Shown: positions 15,720 through 17,819 of the stretch, piece by piece | Position numbering within the stretch: position 1 is the first letter of the stretch | Layout: each line of letters begins with the position of its first letter | Virus record (IMG/VR): IMGVR_UViG_3300022575_000033 | Length of the DNA: 17,819 nt | Origin: a virus | Direction: 5' to 3' (one strand) | Position numbers and translations under genes: made by a program | Notes under the pieces: generated by a model | Seen by the model: the letters and a program-made list of their open reading frames with translations, nothing else | What the model was told of the DNA's origin: nothing | The model's database searches: none

Positions 15720-15725
15720 ATGTCC

Positions 15726-16001
15726 TCACATATCAAGTGCTGTCAAATCAACTCCAATCGACTCCAGACATTCCAAATAAAAGTTTCGGCATTTATCGCT
15801 ACCACTATGACCAAAGCGCTTAATCGTAGTTTGCCCCGTCATCTTATTCGCAAACACTACGCGGTTATCAGGCCAACCATAAAGACTGAGTCGAAAATCA
15901 AGTGAGTCAATTAGGATGCGGTCACAGCGAACTGTGATATCACAGCCCGGCAATTGATCTAACAGATTAAGGCTTTCGGCGAATTCCCTAAGATGATACA
16001 T
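15726..16001 (-). CDS. Right-arm protein of unknown function, 91 aa
   Basis: ORF track. Its ATG overlaps the upstream stop (TAATG). It is the last gene before the terminator. Confidence 0.55.
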   Translation of the reverse strand: MYHLREFAESLNLLDQLPGCDITVRCDRILIDSLDFRLSLYGWPDNRVVFANKMTGQTTIKRFGHSGSDKCRNFYLECLESIGVDLTALDM

Positions 16002-16342
16002 TAAATAACTCCCATGCTTTCTAGGCCCAATTCATAAAGGGCAAGATTTCTTTGTTCTAAAGACTCGTAGTAATTAATAACACCACTCTGTGTCTCGAAA
16101 GGATTCCACACTTCCATCGCATAATCATTAATCAAACGAAATGCCGTATATCCACAATACACAATATTACAACCGCCAGGCGTATAACACTCGCGCATGC
16201 CCCAGTGACGCAAAACGCGCTTCACATTATTCGTCGTCGGAGGTTTCAGCAACATTCTCGGCACAACAAACACTCCTAACCCATGCAGCAGAACGCTCGG
16301 GCGTGTCATTGTAATCAGTGTTCTTGATAAACCAGTTTCCAT
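16001..16342 (-). CDS. Right-arm protein of unknown function, up to 113 aa (start uncertain)
   Basis: ORF track. Weak RBS before ATG 16342. Same orientation and coupling as its neighbours. Confidence 0.55.
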   Translation of the reverse strand: METGLSRTLITMTRPSVLLHGLGVFVVPRMLLKPPTTNNVKRVLRHWGMRECYTPGGCNIVYCGYTAFRLINDYAMEVWNPFETQSGVINYYESLEQRNLALYELGLESMGVI

Positions 16343-16368
16343 ACCCGTTACGAGTAAGCGTAATTCCC

Positions 16369-16581
16369 TTAGTCATATTCAAGTCCCGTCTTTGTATTTG
16401 CAATTACACTAATGTCTACGATTCGGTACTTATCGCCCTTCCAATAATGAAGGCGCTTAGTGTCAGGATAATAACGAACATTCCAGGCCTTAATTAAGCG
16501 GTCTGCAAGAAAATTAGAAACTTTCCAATTAGTGAGAATGACATAATCGTCACCATTACCGTGATGTGCCCTGCGTTTCAT
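16369..16581 (-). CDS. Right-arm protein of unknown function, 70 aa
   Basis: ORF track. ATG 16581 forms an ATGA overlap with the stop of the unlisted 41-aa ORF. Confidence 0.6.
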   Translation of the reverse strand: MKRRAHHGNGDDYVILTNWKVSNFLADRLIKAWNVRYYPDTKRLHYWKGDKYRIVDISVIANTKTGLEYD

Positions 16582-16703
16582 CGAACTAATTCTCTAAAGT
16601 ATTTAGCCAATCTGTATTGAACCAATTCGTCTAACAAATATTCATATTCCCCTTTAGTTAATTCCCGATCTTCCTGATTCTCACCAATAAGCACATAACT
16701 CAC
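16578..16703 (-). CDS. Unlisted small ORF, 41 aa: (V/M)SYVLIGENQEDRELTKGEYEYLLDELVQYRLAKYFRELVR
   Basis: Hand translation. GTG 16703 overlaps the upstream TGA (GTGA), and its own TGA overlaps the downstream ATG (ATGA). It fills an otherwise empty 118-nt gap. Confidence 0.5.
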   Translation of the reverse strand: MSYVLIGENQEDRELTKGEYEYLLDELVQYRLAKYFRELVR

Positions 16704-16897
16704 AATGAGAACCTAACCTGAAATAGTGCACCATTTATTGCATCATACATATTATTGAATGAACGAATGTATCCGTGTCTTCCCACCAATTCGTAGTAAC
16801 CAGCACAGATATTAATGTAAACATCGTCCGAATAATACCAACGATTACCCACTGTCTTAATTGGTTTACTTATTGTCAACGATGTACCCTTTCTCAA
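16700..16897 (-). CDS. Right-arm protein of unknown function, 50-65 aa (start TTG 16897, TTG 16879 or GTG 16852)
   Basis: ORF track. No ATG start. Contains RWYYSDDVYI, which resembles the motif of the 50-aa left-end protein. Confidence 0.45.
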   Translation of the reverse strand: MRKGTSLTISKPIKTVGNRWYYSDDVYINICAGYYELVGRHGYIRSFNNMYDAINGALFQVRFSL

Positions 16898-16967
16898 CCA
16901 AAGCGTCCCAATCGGAATCGCTCAACTCAAACTCTACGCCCTCGTCCAACACAATCTTGTGACTCAC
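16866..16967 (-). CDS. Possible unlisted small ORF, 33 aa: (V/M)SHKIVLDEGVEFELSDSDWDALVEKGYIVDNK
   Basis: Hand translation. GTG 16967 overlaps the upstream TGA (GTGA). It overlaps the longest version of the next ORF, so only one start model can be right. Confidence 0.3.
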   Translation of the reverse strand: MSHKIVLDEGVEFELSDSDWDALVEKGYIVDNK

Positions 16968-17197
16968 AGCCTATCTCCAAACCAAGCCAACAAATCCCAC
17001 TGAGAACCAAACCAAAACGAATCACCATCCGTATCACGCACCTCCCACTTGCGCGCCCCACGACGGAAAACAATGATCTCATCACTGCCATAAGACACCA
17101 CACCCCTTTGACCAGCCGCCCAAGTCTGAACGCTGTACCCCGCCTCCTCGTAGAACTTGCTCGCCCCTGCCCCAAGCAGTGTCTTGATCGCGTCCAT
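16964..17197 (-). CDS. First gene of the right-arm operon, 77 aa
   Basis: ATG 17197 is preceded by the conserved GGAAGGA-N6 leader shared with the left end. The ORF-track start at 17212 lies upstream of that RBS. Confidence 0.65.
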   Translation of the reverse strand: MDAIKTLLGAGASKFYEEAGYSVQTWAAGQRGVVSYGSDEIIVFRRGARKWEVRDTDGDSFWFGSQWDLLAWFGDRL

Positions 17198-17255
17198 CTC
17201 AGTTCCTTCCATTCCCGGCGGGCCATCCCCGCTCCGTTCATGTATTAATAATGCA
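17195..17255. repeat. Second-tier inverted repeat, right copy (-10, leader, RBS, ATG)
   Basis: The reverse complement matches 144-204 at 56/61 positions. Confidence 0.9.
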
Positions 17256-17295
17256 TCATGGTTTCTGTGTTGTCAACTCAAATTTGTGTGAACTA
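17248..17295 (-). promoter_or_regulatory. Right internal early promoter: TAGTTCACA (17287-17295), -35 TTGACA (17271-17276), 17-nt spacer, -10 CATTAT (17248-17253)
   Basis: Read on the minus strand. Motif spacing (N10, N17) is identical to the left promoter. An AT-rich dyad (aactagat / atctagtt, 17291-17327) lies just upstream. Confidence 0.6.
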
Positions 17296-17336
17296 GATTA
17301 CTGCGATAATTAATTGATTATCTAGTTAATAACACA

Positions 17337-17379
17337 CTAATAAGAAAGGCCACCATCTCTTGGTGGCCTTTCTTATTAG
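17337..17379 (-). terminator. Terminator hairpin, perfect 19-bp stem, loop tctct
   Basis: ctaataagaaaggccacca-tctct-tggtggcctttcttattag. Overlaps the stop codon of the 85-aa gene (17376-17378). Confidence 0.8.
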
Positions 17380-17633
17380 TAGTAGGACTTGATGTAGTCG
17401 ATAACCTCAGTGAAACTACCGAACACCACTCGCTTGTTAGCCCCCGAAACCCGGTAGCCCTCAGCAGTCATCTTAACAATGAACTTCCACTTATTGGTGA
17501 TAACCTTCAGGCTGCGGTCCGATTCAATGTAGTGCATGCCAGCCAGCGCCTTGCGAGTGTTCTTGTCGCCGTACCAGGTCTTCTTAATGACCTTTGTAAT
17601 TGTAACGTTCTCGGGCTCGGAGACGGTAATCAT
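17376..17633 (-). CDS. Terminal-cassette protein of unknown function, 85 aa: MITVSEPENVTITKVIKKTWYGDKNTRK...
   Basis: ATG 17633 is preceded by aaagga. The ORF-track start at 17684 lies upstream of the RBS. The gene has its own promoter and terminator. Confidence 0.65.
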   Translation of the reverse strand: MITVSEPENVTITKVIKKTWYGDKNTRKALAGMHYIESDRSLKVITNKWKFIVKMTAEGYRVSGANKRVVFGSFTEVIDYIKSYY

Positions 17634-17668
17634 TGTTCGGTTCCTTTCTGTTCCGTCCTTATGTAATA

Positions 17669-17716
17669 AGAATAGAACAGCCAACTAACGTTGTCAAGTT
17701 ATCCGCATGTGAACTA
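17669..17716 (-). promoter_or_regulatory. Right terminal early promoter: TAGTTCACA (17708-17716, in ITR), -35 TTGACA (17692-17697), 17-nt spacer, -10 TATTCT (17669-17674)
   Basis: The upstream motif and five of six -35 bases are the ITR copy of the left promoter. The -10 lies outside the ITR and is a weaker match. Confidence 0.45.
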
Positions 17717-17819
17717 CACCACACAAACAAATGTCCTGACATAGGCACCACTATTGTCCTAACAATAGTAGTGCCTATTAATGTACCCTACCGCCGACCT
17801 ACCACAGATGCATTATGTT
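17693..17819. repeat. Right inverted terminal repeat (ITR), 127 bp
   Basis: Exact reverse complement of 1-127. It sits at the very end of the window, so the window equals a whole linear replicon. Confidence 0.97.

Noticed and set aside
15720-15905. 61-aa plus-strand ORF starting right after the bidirectional terminator.
   Set aside because: It has no RBS and sits downstream of a strong terminator. It overlaps the minus-strand 91-aa ORF, which is start/stop-coupled (TAATG) to its operon.
1-17819. Search by eye for tRNA, CRISPR repeats, integrase/excisionase, transposase or toxin-antitoxin pairs.
   Set aside because: No cloverleaf-like segments, no regularly spaced direct repeats, and no recombinase-sized ORF or motifs (tyrosine or serine recombinase, DDE) were seen. 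The RHH gene has no adjacent toxin-like partner.

Overview
The window appears to be one complete linear genome of a small protein-primed (phi29 / Cp-1 / Av-1-like) podophage. It is bounded by perfect 127-bp inverted terminal repeats (1-127 and 17693-17819). On the plus strand, from the left: three tiny early ORFs, then a replication block with an abundant SSB/p6-position protein, a terminal-protein candidate, and a family-B DNA polymerase carrying all phi29-type Exo and Pol motifs. An unlisted 55-aa ribbon-helix-helix gene follows. A 142-nt structured spacer leads into a phi29-ordered late block: scaffold, major capsid with Ig-like C-terminus, tail knob, portal, lower collar, an SGNH-esterase tail appendage, a lysozyme+NlpC/P60 tail hydrolase, and a gp16-type packaging ATPase. 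After these come a membrane protein, a 2-TM holin and a CHAP endolysin. A 16-bp-stem bidirectional terminator (15678-15719) separates this from a leftward, AT-richer right arm of about 7 tiny translationally coupled ORFs, two of them below the ORF-track cutoff. A separate promoter-gene-terminator cassette lies against the right ITR. Regulatory structure read directly from the sequence: three copies of an early promoter architecture TAGTTCACA-N10-TTGAC(A/T)-N17-(-10), and a second-tier 61-bp inverted repeat (56/61) carrying -10, leader, RBS and ATG at both arms. There are also several strong hairpins and a perfect 14-bp palindrome between the early and late modules. I saw no tRNA, rRNA, CRISPR array, integrase or transposase. 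All functional calls come from motif recognition by eye and remembered phi29 protein sequences; no searches were run.
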